Shown piece by piece: positions 9,701-18,050 of a stretch of 64,000 nucleotides of DNA. The first letter of the stretch is position 1. Each line of letters starts with the position of its first letter. Source of the DNA: Gemmataceae bacterium (lineage in GTDB: Bacteria > Planctomycetota > Planctomycetia > Gemmatales > Gemmataceae); contig JBGQKZ010000010.1 in the NCBI GenBank assembly GCA_041499805.1, positions 28,224 through 92,223 on the forward strand, read 5' to 3'. The position numbers were made by a program, and so were the translations under genes. A model generated the notes under the pieces. The model saw only the letters and a program-made list of their open reading frames with translations. It ran no database searches and was not told where the DNA came from.

Positions 9701-9728
9701 CGGCTTCTCCTCATGCAGAAAAAAAGGT

Positions 9729-9826
9729 CCGACGAAAGTTGGGCAGAGCGGTCGTACCTCGCGGTACGTGGAGGCTCCCGCCTCCTGGCCACGGTACAGG
9801 TGGATGTACTCCGCACCGGCAGTCGG
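9729..9826 (-). ncRNA. Y-RNA-like unit I (YrlB-like). Shares the terminal Ro-binding-type stem but has three small GNRA-capped hairpins instead of a tRNA-like module
   Basis: Minus strand: 5' CGACUGCCGGUGCGGAGUACAUC ... 3' CUCUGCCCAACUUUCGUCGG, then a U7 tract and the rsr RBS. Middle hairpins are GGAGGC-GGGA-GCCUCC and GUACC-GCGA-GGUAC. Coordinates approximate. Confidence 0.45.
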
Positions 9827-9842
9827 ACCGAAAAAGCAAAAA

Positions 9843-9938
9843 CCCGACGAAGTTTGGGCAGAGTCGCGACCCCTCCGAAAAGGAGCCGGTCAGGATTCGA
9901 ACCTGAAGGTACCGATGTACTCCGCACCGGCAGTCGGG
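9843..9938 (-). ncRNA. Y-RNA-like unit II (T-arm only)
   Basis: Same 5'/3' arms (CCCGACUGCCGGUGCGGAG / CUCUGCCCAAACUUCGUCGGG). Perfect T-arm UCAGG-UUCGAAU-CCUGA, then a CUCC-UUUUC-GGAG hairpin. Coordinates approximate. Confidence 0.45.
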
Positions 9939-9953
9939 TGTGTTTTCAAGCGA

Positions 9954-10075
9954 CCGACGAAGATTTGTTCAGAGTCGTTCCGGTGCTCTGCCATTGAGCT
10001 ACGGCGTCTTGCGACGCTGGCGGGACTCGAACCCACAACCTCCGAATTAAGATGTACTCCAAAACGGCAGTCGGT
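9954..10075 (-). ncRNA. Y-RNA-like unit III with a full permuted tRNA mimic (YrlA-like)
   Basis: 5' arm ACCGACUGCCGUUUUGGAGUACAUC. T-arm GUGGG-UUCGAGU-CCCGC. Acceptor-like stem closed by a GNRA loop (GCGUC-GCAA-GACGC). D-arm GCUC-AAUGGCA-GAGC. 3' arm CUCUGAACAAAUCUUCGUCGG. Coordinates approximate. Confidence 0.5.
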
Positions 10076-10092
10076 CTTGTTTCACAAGGCCG

Positions 10093-10208
10093 GAGCGACG
10101 AAGGATTGGTCAGACGCATTGCTCTACCCATTGAGCTACGCGCACCGCGAAAAAAGGGTGCGCGGCCGGACTCGAACCGGCAACCGATGTACTCCAACCG
10201 GCAGTCGC
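10093..10208 (-). ncRNA. Y-RNA-like unit IV with a full permuted tRNA mimic (YrlA-like)
   Basis: 5' arm CGACUGCCGGUUGGAGUACAUC. T-arm GCCGG-UUCGAGU-CCGGC. An 8-bp acceptor-like stem CGCGCACC/GGUGCGCG closed by CUUUUUUCGC. D-arm GCUC-AAUGGGUA-GAGC. 3' arm CUGACCAAUCCUUCGUCG. Coordinates approximate. Confidence 0.5.
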
Positions 10209-10289
10209 TGCGGCCAGGCTGCTTGGTGAGATAGACAGGGCGGCCGCGGGATGGGTTCGCGGTTCGTCGTCGAACTTGATTCCAACCAT

Positions 10290-10940
10290 TCAAGTCATCG
10301 ACGGGTCCGCGCACGCCGCCACCCGCTGACAAGCCTGCCCATAGAACTTGATCTGGTCCCACGCAAAGCAACCCAGGAATATCGCCGCCCAAGCGCCGCC
10401 GAACAGGCCGAGGTTGGTTGCACTCGGTAAGGAGGGCGTTTCCTTGAAGATGCCGGCCGCGAGGAACGAGAGCAGGGCGGTCGCCAAAAAGGAGCCGAAG
10501 CGAACGAATCGGCTGGCGAGCAACACCACGGGGATCTCGAAGTGATAGGGGTCGCGGCCGTTGTCGAAGTTAAGGGTTACGGGAAGGGAGCGCACCTCGC
10601 TGCGAATCAGGTTTAGCCAGTCGTGCGACAAGGGCGAGCCAATATCGAACGAGAGAGCGCGGCGGTTGCCGTCCGGTTCATCCGGCGCTTGTGTATGGAC
10701 CACGCTGCGCGGCGCGACCAGGCGCAAGCGCCAACCGGCGGCCGTTTGCTCTTGCGTGACGACGCGCAGGCGGTAGGTTTTGCCGCGTCGGAGCTTGTAG
10801 CCGACCAGAGTCGGGGCGATGCGGCGGTCGTGTTCGTCACGCAATTCGTAGCTGAGCGGCGCCCGCGGCTGGAGGCAGGGCGGAATGACGCAACGCTCGC
10901 GCGGCGGCGGGACGGCACTTGTCGATAGGGTCAGGACCAT
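10290..10940 (-). CDS. Hypothetical protein with two C-terminal TM helices, last gene of the STAND-NTPase cassette
   Basis: Internal ATG at 10940, 5 nt after the upstream stop. C-terminal hydrophobic stretches VVLLASRFVRFGSFLATALLSFLAAGIF and LGLFGGAWAAIFLGCFAW. Confidence 0.45.
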   Translation of the reverse strand: MVLTLSTSAVPPPRERCVIPPCLQPRAPLSYELRDEHDRRIAPTLVGYKLRRGKTYRLRVVTQEQTAAGWRLRLVAPRSVVHTQAPDEPDGNRRALSFDIGSPLSHDWLNLIRSEVRSLPVTLNFDNGRDPYHFEIPVVLLASRFVRFGSFLATALLSFLAAGIFKETPSLPSATNLGLFGGAWAAIFLGCFAWDQIKFYGQACQRVAACADPSMT

Positions 10941-10944
10941 GAGT

Positions 10945-13029
10945 TCAGCTCTCCGGAGCAATGAAGGCCAGGTGCGGCGCGGTCTGTTCGGCCACAAAGT
11001 GATTGAGGATCGACGCGGAAGCGTGCGGCGTTTCGGTGGCGATTTGGTTCCACCACTTCGGCAGCGCGAGCCAGGGTGCTAAGTCAACGGGCGCGACGGC
11101 ACGCAACTGCACGCGCGGACCTGTGCCGTTCGCGGCGAACTGGTCCCACATGGCCCTCGTTCCCGCCGGCAGGTGTTCGTGATACGGCGGCGTGAGGTCA
11201 CTGCCGCGCGGCCACAGGAGGATGAGCAGGTCGGCAGGGCGGACCGGCCCGGCCATCATTTTTAGTTTCGTTTCCAGGTCGCGCGGCATGGCCCGTTTCT
11301 CGCCGAGGAGCAGGCCGATGCCGAGTGCCCGCGTTGTCGTTCCCGCGCGCCACTGGCACTTCGTGATCTGGCCGTACGTGGGATGGGCGCCGGCTTGCGG
11401 ATCGTTCGCGGCGGCGACCGGCATGCCGGCGCCGTTGGCGACGCCGTCCGCGATGAGGCACTGCAACCACTTCAAGAGTCCGGCGTGCAACTCATCGGCC
11501 TGCCCACCGCAGCCGGCTTCAAGGATTTGCCGGGCCTTGCGGAGTTCCCGTTGCCAGCACGCTTCGAGCGGCTCGATCAACATGCCTTCGGCGACGGCGG
11601 CGCTGGGCTGCGCGGCGGGCGCCAACGCCACGCGATTGCCGAGCCGCTCGTCGTAGCGATCGCGCAGCGCTTGTAATGCCTGGCGCAACGGCGGTTCCTC
11701 ACCCGGCGAACGAACGATCCGTTCGAGGTCCTCTTCGCGGAGCGGAAAGATCGGCGGCGCGTCGAAAGAGTCGGCTTCAAAGTACTCGCGGAGCAAGGGG
11801 CGCATGCGCGACGCGACGATTTTCTGCAACTGTGCGGCCGTGACGTTCGGCATCTGCATGCGGCTCAGGCTGCCGTGGCCCGGCACGCGAATGACGCCTT
11901 GCTGAATGCGTTGCAAGGCGTAGCTGCTGATCATCGACTTTTCCAACTGCTGCCAGTGGCCGATCTCCGCGAACAGCAGAAAGGGAATGCCGCGGTGCGA
12001 GTCGAGCACGTCGGCGAGACCCTTGAAGAAGGGATGGCACAGCTCTTTGTCCGGCGGGTCGCCGAGCAACGATTCGAGAGCGTCGAACAAAAAGATGATC
12101 GGCAAGCGGGCCAGGAGACACAGCTCAAGCAACGCCTGAAAAAGCTCATCGACCAGCGTTTCGCGGGCCGGCTGGATCTTTGCATCGACTTCCGTGTAGC
12201 CGTCGAGGAGAAAATCGTACACAGTTTCGCGCGGCGCGCCGAACGCCAGGCCGACGAGGCGGTCGTAGAGGCCGCGGCGGATTTGGCCTGCGATGGTATG
12301 GCTCGGTTCACTGCGGATCTGTTGCAAGGCCAGCGTCCGCAGGGGTTGGAAATCCACTTCGTTCTCCGCGCAAACCTCACGTAGCGTTCGGTCGCCGGCC
12401 TGTTCCAGGTCGTGGATGAGCCGACGACGACGTTCGGCGCGAAGACGGACGCCGACGCCGAAGAAGTAGCGCCAGAAGCGGCCCGCGGCGGCTTCCCGAG
12501 CGAGCCAGTCGATCTCCGTCATGCCGCGGAGAGCTTGCACGAGCGCCTGCCGCGTGAACGCGTCGGCGAGCAGCTCCAGCGTGCCGGGCGCGCGCTCGTC
12601 CGCCTCGCTTTGCAGATGGCGCACGACCTGATGGAGCAGATACTCCATAAAAGGACGCTGTGGCTCGTAAATTACGGGAGTGACCGCGAGGCACGGCCGG
12701 CCATCGCCGGCGCGGCGTTGCAACGCATGGACCATGTGCGTTTTGCCGATGCCGCGTTTCCCTTCGACGACCACCACGCCGGACCGGGGCAAGTCGCTGT
12801 CCCATTCCAGCCCGGGTAGCCGGTAGCGCTCCACCACGGCGTTCAAGGCGCGGGCGATATCTTGGTGAATGTCGGGCACATGAACGCGCGCGAAGTCGGC
12901 CTCCGGCTTGCGCGCGGCGACGAACACGTCGAACGGGTTGTCCTTCCCTCGCAGAAAACTCATCAGGCCGGCATGCTCCGTCGCAGGAGCCGGCGCCGGG
13001 GTTTCAAGCGTGAGCAATGAGTTGGGCAT
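10945..13029 (-). CDS. STAND/AAA_16-like P-loop NTPase (~690 aa)
   Basis: Walker A VVVVEGKRGIGKTHMVHAL (GxGKT, AAA_16-like) and a Walker-B candidate PIIFLFDALE, with a long helical C-terminal region. Start uncertain: ATG 13029 overlaps the upstream gene by 26 nt; the alternative ATG at 12963 (MSFLRGKDNPF) leaves a gap. Confidence 0.65.
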   Translation of the reverse strand: MPNSLLTLETPAPAPATEHAGLMSFLRGKDNPFDVFVAARKPEADFARVHVPDIHQDIARALNAVVERYRLPGLEWDSDLPRSGVVVVEGKRGIGKTHMVHALQRRAGDGRPCLAVTPVIYEPQRPFMEYLLHQVVRHLQSEADERAPGTLELLADAFTRQALVQALRGMTEIDWLAREAAAGRFWRYFFGVGVRLRAERRRRLIHDLEQAGDRTLREVCAENEVDFQPLRTLALQQIRSEPSHTIAGQIRRGLYDRLVGLAFGAPRETVYDFLLDGYTEVDAKIQPARETLVDELFQALLELCLLARLPIIFLFDALESLLGDPPDKELCHPFFKGLADVLDSHRGIPFLLFAEIGHWQQLEKSMISSYALQRIQQGVIRVPGHGSLSRMQMPNVTAAQLQKIVASRMRPLLREYFEADSFDAPPIFPLREEDLERIVRSPGEEPPLRQALQALRDRYDERLGNRVALAPAAQPSAAVAEGMLIEPLEACWQRELRKARQILEAGCGGQADELHAGLLKWLQCLIADGVANGAGMPVAAANDPQAGAHPTYGQITKCQWRAGTTTRALGIGLLLGEKRAMPRDLETKLKMMAGPVRPADLLILLWPRGSDLTPPYHEHLPAGTRAMWDQFAANGTGPRVQLRAVAPVDLAPWLALPKWWNQIATETPHASASILNHFVAEQTAPHLAFIAPES

Positions 13030-13834
13030 AGTACTTGATCTCTTGGCCTGCGAGCAGGGCGTACTGTTCTTCCTGCAATTGATAGCCGGCGCCGGTAAAG
13101 GGGTGTAGCCGCACTTTGCCGTGCTCGACCAACTGCCGCACCCCATCGTGAAACTGACCGATGGTCAATCGACGAGGCTCGGCGACGCGGTGGAAAAGCT
13201 CCGGGAGCGCACAGTGTCCCAGGGGATGCCGCCGTTGGTACTCCTCAAGATGGCGTACTGCTTCCGCCAGCCATTCGGAGTCGGATGCCGGGGCTGTGGC
13301 CGCGCCCGCGCGAGCGCTTGTTTGGAGCAGTCCCGCCACGTCAGGCGGTCGTAGGCGCTCCTGTAGGGCGGTCACGAGTTGCTTATGGTGGAGAAACGCC
13401 TCACTCAGTTGGTCGATCTTACCGCGAATGGCTTTCAGCTCACCGGCGCCTTCCTGCAAGGAGGAGACGGCTGTGTCGAGCAGCTTTACGGGTTCGCTGT
13501 TTTCCAGGACGGCACGGATGCCGGTCGGCGTGATGCGATAAAGTTCCTTGCGTGAATTCCCTTTTCCTACAAACTCGCCGGTCGTTGCCAGCCAACCGCG
13601 ATCGAGACAGAGCAGGGCCGCCGGTTTCGCGGTGGAACTGTCGAAGACCCCCGGTTTCGCCTTGGTGCCAAGCAGCACTCGTGGCGCGGGATCGAGCAGC
13701 GCCCGGGCCAGCGCCTGAAATGCCACGGCTTGCGGGTCTGCTTTCACCTTTGCCACGAACGGCGCTCCATCCGCTTCGGAGATTTCAGCATCGCGTTCGG
13801 CAACATTATGGAAGCGGCGGCGCTTGCCTAGCAA
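13004..13834 (-). CDS. Hypothetical protein (276 aa), first gene of the NTPase cassette
   Basis: Protein-like composition (K/E/Y/Q-rich) and no recognised domain. The opposite-strand ORFs here are Arg/Ser artefacts. Confidence 0.5.
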   Translation of the reverse strand: MLGKRRRFHNVAERDAEISEADGAPFVAKVKADPQAVAFQALARALLDPAPRVLLGTKAKPGVFDSSTAKPAALLCLDRGWLATTGEFVGKGNSRKELYRITPTGIRAVLENSEPVKLLDTAVSSLQEGAGELKAIRGKIDQLSEAFLHHKQLVTALQERLRPPDVAGLLQTSARAGAATAPASDSEWLAEAVRHLEEYQRRHPLGHCALPELFHRVAEPRRLTIGQFHDGVRQLVEHGKVRLHPFTGAGYQLQEEQYALLAGQEIKYYAQLIAHA

Positions 13835-13882
13835 GCAGATTCTGCAAAGGAACGGATTTCGCGCGATTTTCAGCTCTCGCCT

Positions 13883-15121
13883 CTACCCCTGTGGCTTCGC
13901 CACCCGCCCCATAAACAGCACACTCCCCGTCTGATTTTCCCGAATCGCGAACACAAACGGGTGATCCGCCTTGAACGTCGCCCGCTTCATCGCTTGCGCG
14001 ATGCCGGCCGCCTTCATCATGACGGCCGTGGCGGCGGCAGCTTCGGTGCCGGCTTCGTTCACGTCCACGAACGCCTTGTGGACGATGGCGTCGATCCACA
14101 GTTTTTCTTCCTGTGTCATGCCCGAAAAATCCGCCTTGCTGGAATCGAAGGCGAGGGGTATTCCCATGGACGCGAGGGTCTTCGAAAGCTCGAATTCCGC
14201 GGTCATTTTGAAGCGGGGCAGGGCGAGATCGACGATGTAATGCTGCATCTTCGTACGCCAGGCGTCCATGTTTTGGGCGGTCAGCTTTTTCTCGAATTCA
14301 GCCAGGCCGCTCGCGTCTTTCGGCAGGAAGATCAGCGTCGACTGCTGGCCGCCTTGATAGGGCAGCTCCACCATCTGGAACGAGCCTTCGTCGAAATAAG
14401 AGAGCCCTTCGACCTTGTGCATCATCGGCACGGTAACGTTCGTGCGGTCGGCGAGGTGAAAATCTTCCGGCTTGGTGTTCTCCTTGCGAAAGGCTTCACT
14501 CCACGCGCCCTTGAAGTAGATGGCGTTGACCAGGACCAGGCGGGTCGCCGGGCCGAGCAGGCCGGGAGCGATCAGGTCTTTGATCTTGTCTTGGGTTTGC
14601 TGCTCGACCCAGCGGTTGATCGCCAGCCGGGCCGGTTCGGCCGCGGTGTGGAAATCGACCTCGCGCAGCCCGGCGGCGTAGTCGTCGCGGAGGATATCAA
14701 GGAAGGGCGGCTTGAAGTGGTAACCCGATTGCCCCCACAGCGAATTGGCGGTGTTCAACTGAAACTTCCGCGGCGTGCCGTCCCCTTGCAAGGCGCGAAT
14801 CAGGTTTGCGAACGCCGGATCGAGCCGCGCGCGTTCGACTGGGTAGTGCAGCGTGTGGGCCATCTGCTCGGCGGTTTGGCCTTGAGCGCCGGCGTAGGTC
14901 ATGGCGAGGGCGGTGGAGATGCTGTACGGCGAGAAGAAGAGGTTGCCGTCCTTCCGCGCCAGGCGGGCGTAGAGGTCGCCGGCGAAGGCGTTGTTTCCCT
15001 GCACGACCGCGTTCATGTCCAAATTAGGTTTCAGCGGTTTCTCTCCTTCCGCACGGCCGGGCGGCAACGCGGTTAGAAACAGGGCCGAGAGGATCAGCAA
15101 CGACCAGAGCAAGCGGTTCAT
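13883..15121 (-). CDS. Serpin (serine protease inhibitor) with signal peptide
   Basis: Serpin motifs FFSPYSISTALAMTYAGAQGQTAEQM, NAIYFKGAWSEAF, and a reactive-centre-loop region EAGTEAAAATAVMM ... HPFVFAIRENQTGSVLFMGRV. Start taken at the ATG at 15121 (MNRLLWSLLILSALFL). The track M at 15142 is a TTG. Confidence 0.85.
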   Translation of the reverse strand: MNRLLWSLLILSALFLTALPPGRAEGEKPLKPNLDMNAVVQGNNAFAGDLYARLARKDGNLFFSPYSISTALAMTYAGAQGQTAEQMAHTLHYPVERARLDPAFANLIRALQGDGTPRKFQLNTANSLWGQSGYHFKPPFLDILRDDYAAGLREVDFHTAAEPARLAINRWVEQQTQDKIKDLIAPGLLGPATRLVLVNAIYFKGAWSEAFRKENTKPEDFHLADRTNVTVPMMHKVEGLSYFDEGSFQMVELPYQGGQQSTLIFLPKDASGLAEFEKKLTAQNMDAWRTKMQHYIVDLALPRFKMTAEFELSKTLASMGIPLAFDSSKADFSGMTQEEKLWIDAIVHKAFVDVNEAGTEAAAATAVMMKAAGIAQAMKRATFKADHPFVFAIRENQTGSVLFMGRVAKPQG

Positions 15122-15272
15122 GTCAGTGTCTCCGACTTGCAAACGGGAATCAAGCGACCGGCGGCAAAGGGCCGGTGTTACGATTCTGAGACGTGCGGAG
15201 AGAGCGGAGATAATATCGGAAAGTCGGCGGCGTGGTTCACGTTACAGAGCCGTTACACACAGCAGACACCGT

Positions 15273-16178
15273 TTACGGCGTGCGCTGCCGCTTCGCTCGG
15301 GAGTTAATCTGTTCAATCAGCGCGTGATCCTCGGGTGACACATTTGGACCGGGCGGCGCGGCAAAAAGGAATACGGTTTGAAGGCGTGGCAGCTTCTGTA
15401 GAAATCCGAGCGGAGGCAGTTTGCGAATCTCGCGCGTGTGCAGCTCTTCCAGATTTGGTGCTTGGACAATGTTCTCCAAAGGGAAGGAAAGCCGACCGCC
15501 GAGGACCAAGTATCGCAAATCAGGACCGATGCGGCGCCAATCCGGCTCGAACGAGCCGCAGAGACTGATATCCAAGGCACGAACGTGCGCCTTGGGATGC
15601 AAAATGAGGGTGCGAAGTTTCGGGCAGTGATTGAGTTCAAGCTCTCGGAGCTTGGGCATATGAGAAAGATCGAGGTCACGCAATCGTCCATCGGATTCGT
15701 TCCTAATCGACAGTTCTTGAATCCCGATGCACTGGAGGATGGATTCAAACGGGCGGCACAACATAATGTCGGCGTGCCGAAGCTTGCCTAATCCCGACAA
15801 ATCAACACTGGGAAAGCGATCCGCCGTTCTCCAACCCATGCCACAGTCAATCCACAACCATTCCAACTCGGAGAGCTGGCCGAGTGCCGTGAGTTCAATT
15901 GGAAGATAGATCGAAAGCGCCAGCTTGCGAAGTACCGGCAGCTCACCCAACAAGTCCGCGAGCCGGCGGTCGCCGAGTGACTGATTGCTCAAGTGAACCG
16001 AATTGACTTTGTACTTCCATGCCAACTTCGTATGGCGCTCAGTCCAAGGGCCAACGGCGTTCAGGTCAATGGTTTCATCAAATCGGTTGATGTAGCAATC
16101 CGCTTCCTCCAGCAAGAATTCGTGATCAACTGCTTTGCCGGCTCCGCCAAGAAAAAAAGGCCGGTCGTGCTTTGCCAT
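15273..16178 (-). CDS. Leucine-rich-repeat domain protein
   Basis: Repeated LxxLxLxxCxxL periods: LRDLDLSHMPKLRELELNHCPKLRTLILHP, LRALDISLCGSFEPD. Confidence 0.55.
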   Translation of the reverse strand: MAKHDRPFFLGGAGKAVDHEFLLEEADCYINRFDETIDLNAVGPWTERHTKLAWKYKVNSVHLSNQSLGDRRLADLLGELPVLRKLALSIYLPIELTALGQLSELEWLWIDCGMGWRTADRFPSVDLSGLGKLRHADIMLCRPFESILQCIGIQELSIRNESDGRLRDLDLSHMPKLRELELNHCPKLRTLILHPKAHVRALDISLCGSFEPDWRRIGPDLRYLVLGGRLSFPLENIVQAPNLEELHTREIRKLPPLGFLQKLPRLQTVFLFAAPPGPNVSPEDHALIEQINSRAKRQRTP

Positions 16179-16283
16179 ATCTAGAAGAGCGACTAGTTGG
16201 TGCGTCGGCGAGCCAAGAGCGTCAACGACCGGAGTTTGCGGATCAAACTCCGGTCGCTCACGCTTCCGCTCGCCCGAATTGGT

Positions 16284-17318
16284 TCACTTGCCGTACACCA
16301 GCACCGCAAAACTTCCCGGCGCCATGGACGGACGCCCGCCGCCTGCCGCGGCCTTGAATTCCGCCGACGGCAGGAACAGCTTGTGCGTCTTACGGTCGAG
16401 CGCCATCGTTTTCGAGCGCGGCTTCGTCTTCATCGTTTCGACGACCGTGTACTGGTCCGGACTGTCTTCATGGACGACGGTCACGGTGCCGTCGCCGCAG
16501 GAAGCGAAGATCAACCCGGTTTCCGGATCGAAGGCGCCTGCGTCTACGCCCTGGCCAATCGGCGCATTGGCGACAACCTTGCCATTCTCGGCGTTGACGA
16601 CGACGAGCAGCTTGTTGCGGCAGCCGACGAAGAGGCGGTGCGTTTTCAGGTCTATCGCCAGGCTCGACGGCGTCTTGCCGGGGGTGAGCTGCCATTTCTC
16701 CAGCACGCTGAGCGCGCGGGCGTCAATCTTGAGGAGAACGTCCTTGTCTTCGATGTTGACGAAGACGTTGCCGGCGCCGTCGGCGACGGCGAATTCGGGT
16801 CGGCCGCCGACGTCGATGGTGCCGGCGACTTTGCCGTCCGCGGCTTCAATGACCGTGGCGTTGGCGCTGCCGCCGTTGAACGCGAACACACGCTTGGTGG
16901 ACGGGTCGTAGATGATGCTGTCGGGATTGCGGCCGGTCGGCACGTCGCCGAGCGATTTCAGCGTCTTGAGGTCGAAGATCGTGACGGTGTTCGCCTGGCC
17001 GTTGCTCGTGAAGCCGCGGCCCAGGTCTGGGGCGAGGGCGATGCCGTGAACGCCTTTGGTGTTTTCGATCTTGCCCTTGATCTCGCCGCTGTCGGCGTCG
17101 AGGACATCGACCTTCGTGCCGTGGGAGATGTACACGCGGCGGGCGGCCTCGTCCACGATGAGATAGTCCCAACCGCCGTCGCCGGGGACGGGGATGGTTT
17201 GAAGCAGTTTGTAGCCTTCCGGCGCGGCGACGGCCACGGAAGTGAGCAGGATCAGCAGACAGAAGGTGAAGATTCGCACGGCGGCCTCCCAGGGGTAACG
17301 AGCGACGGACCGAAGCAT
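16284..17318 (-). CDS. YncE-like / YVTN beta-propeller repeat protein, secreted
   Basis: Signal peptide, then repeated beta-propeller blades (GDGGWDYLIVD..., KGVHGIALAPD..., NPDSIIYDPSTKRVFAF). ATG at 17318 has an AGGGGG RBS. Confidence 0.75.
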   Translation of the reverse strand: MLRSVARYPWEAAVRIFTFCLLILLTSVAVAAPEGYKLLQTIPVPGDGGWDYLIVDEAARRVYISHGTKVDVLDADSGEIKGKIENTKGVHGIALAPDLGRGFTSNGQANTVTIFDLKTLKSLGDVPTGRNPDSIIYDPSTKRVFAFNGGSANATVIEAADGKVAGTIDVGGRPEFAVADGAGNVFVNIEDKDVLLKIDARALSVLEKWQLTPGKTPSSLAIDLKTHRLFVGCRNKLLVVVNAENGKVVANAPIGQGVDAGAFDPETGLIFASCGDGTVTVVHEDSPDQYTVVETMKTKPRSKTMALDRKTHKLFLPSAEFKAAAGGGRPSMAPGSFAVLVYGK

Positions 17319-17371
17319 ACCCCCTGCGCGAGGCGATCGCAAGTGCTCGGCGCACGACCTTCACATGTTAT

Positions 17372-17890
17372 TCACTTTGCCTGTTCCCTTGCTACGGTTG
17401 CGATCGCCCCGAAATGTACATGAAACAACTTGAGGGCTTTTTCTGTCCGGTCCGAGTCCCCTGGGTTGATGGCCTGCTGCACGTTGCGGAGGTAAGTAGC
17501 GGCGGTCCGCAAATTGGTGTGAAGCTCGTCCATTGCGGCCACATCGTTGTTTCGAACCAATGAGGAAATTGCCGGCCCGGTCGAAAGTCGGGTCATTGCG
17601 GCCAAAGCCTGCTCTGCCTGTTCGCGTGCGGTTTTCCAGTCTTTCTTCGCCAACGCCTGCTCGAGGCTGGCGACGGACGTATCCGCCATCCCAATCTGTT
17701 GCTGCGCAAACGGGCGTGCCATCGCGCCTAACGCCGGCATCGCGAGACAAAACGAGACCACGCGCGCGGCGCCCGTAAGGAAGACCAACCCCATGAGCCC
17801 AACGGCCGACGTGCCAAGTGCGGAAAGCCGGATGAACGATTTGTTCACGTTCCGCACGCGCCACTCGAACAATCCCCACGCAAGCGCCAC
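17372..17890 (-). CDS. Hypothetical helical protein (172 aa)
   Basis: Coding-like composition with no recognised domain. The overlapping plus-strand ORFs are Arg/Ala-rich artefacts. Confidence 0.4.
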   Translation of the reverse strand: MALAWGLFEWRVRNVNKSFIRLSALGTSAVGLMGLVFLTGAARVVSFCLAMPALGAMARPFAQQQIGMADTSVASLEQALAKKDWKTAREQAEQALAAMTRLSTGPAISSLVRNNDVAAMDELHTNLRTAATYLRNVQQAINPGDSDRTEKALKLFHVHFGAIATVAREQAK

Positions 17891-18050
17891 TGCCGCGGTG
17901 CGGTGTCGGGCGCGCCGTCACTCGACATTGCGGATAGGAACGCCCGTAACTCGCCGGATTATGAAGATCGTCCGTCACCTTTGTCTGCCCGCTGTCGCGG
18001 CAATTCGCCTCTGCTAGAATGGTCTCCCCCGTGCCCGAGGAGATTCGGCG

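Noticed and set aside
9729-10208. Reading the repeated T-arm/D-arm-containing units as canonical tRNA genes or tRNA pseudogenes
   Set aside because: The acceptor-like stems are closed by loops (GCAA tetraloop or CUUUUUUCGC), and the segment between D- and T-arm is >100 nt. The free 5'/3' ends instead lie in a separate conserved helix. No 7-bp open acceptor stem plus CCA context, so these are tRNA mimics, not tRNAs.
9729-10208. CRISPR array
   Set aside because: Units are 95-125 nt, internally structured and unequal, with no short identical direct repeats alternating with unique spacers and no cas genes.
13961-15076. 371-aa plus-strand ORF
   Set aside because: Antisense to the serpin gene. 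Gly/Arg/Val-rich composition without domains.
16197-17423. 408-aa plus-strand ORF
   Set aside because: Antisense to the YncE-like beta-propeller gene. Ala/Arg/Gly/Asp-rich low-complexity translation.
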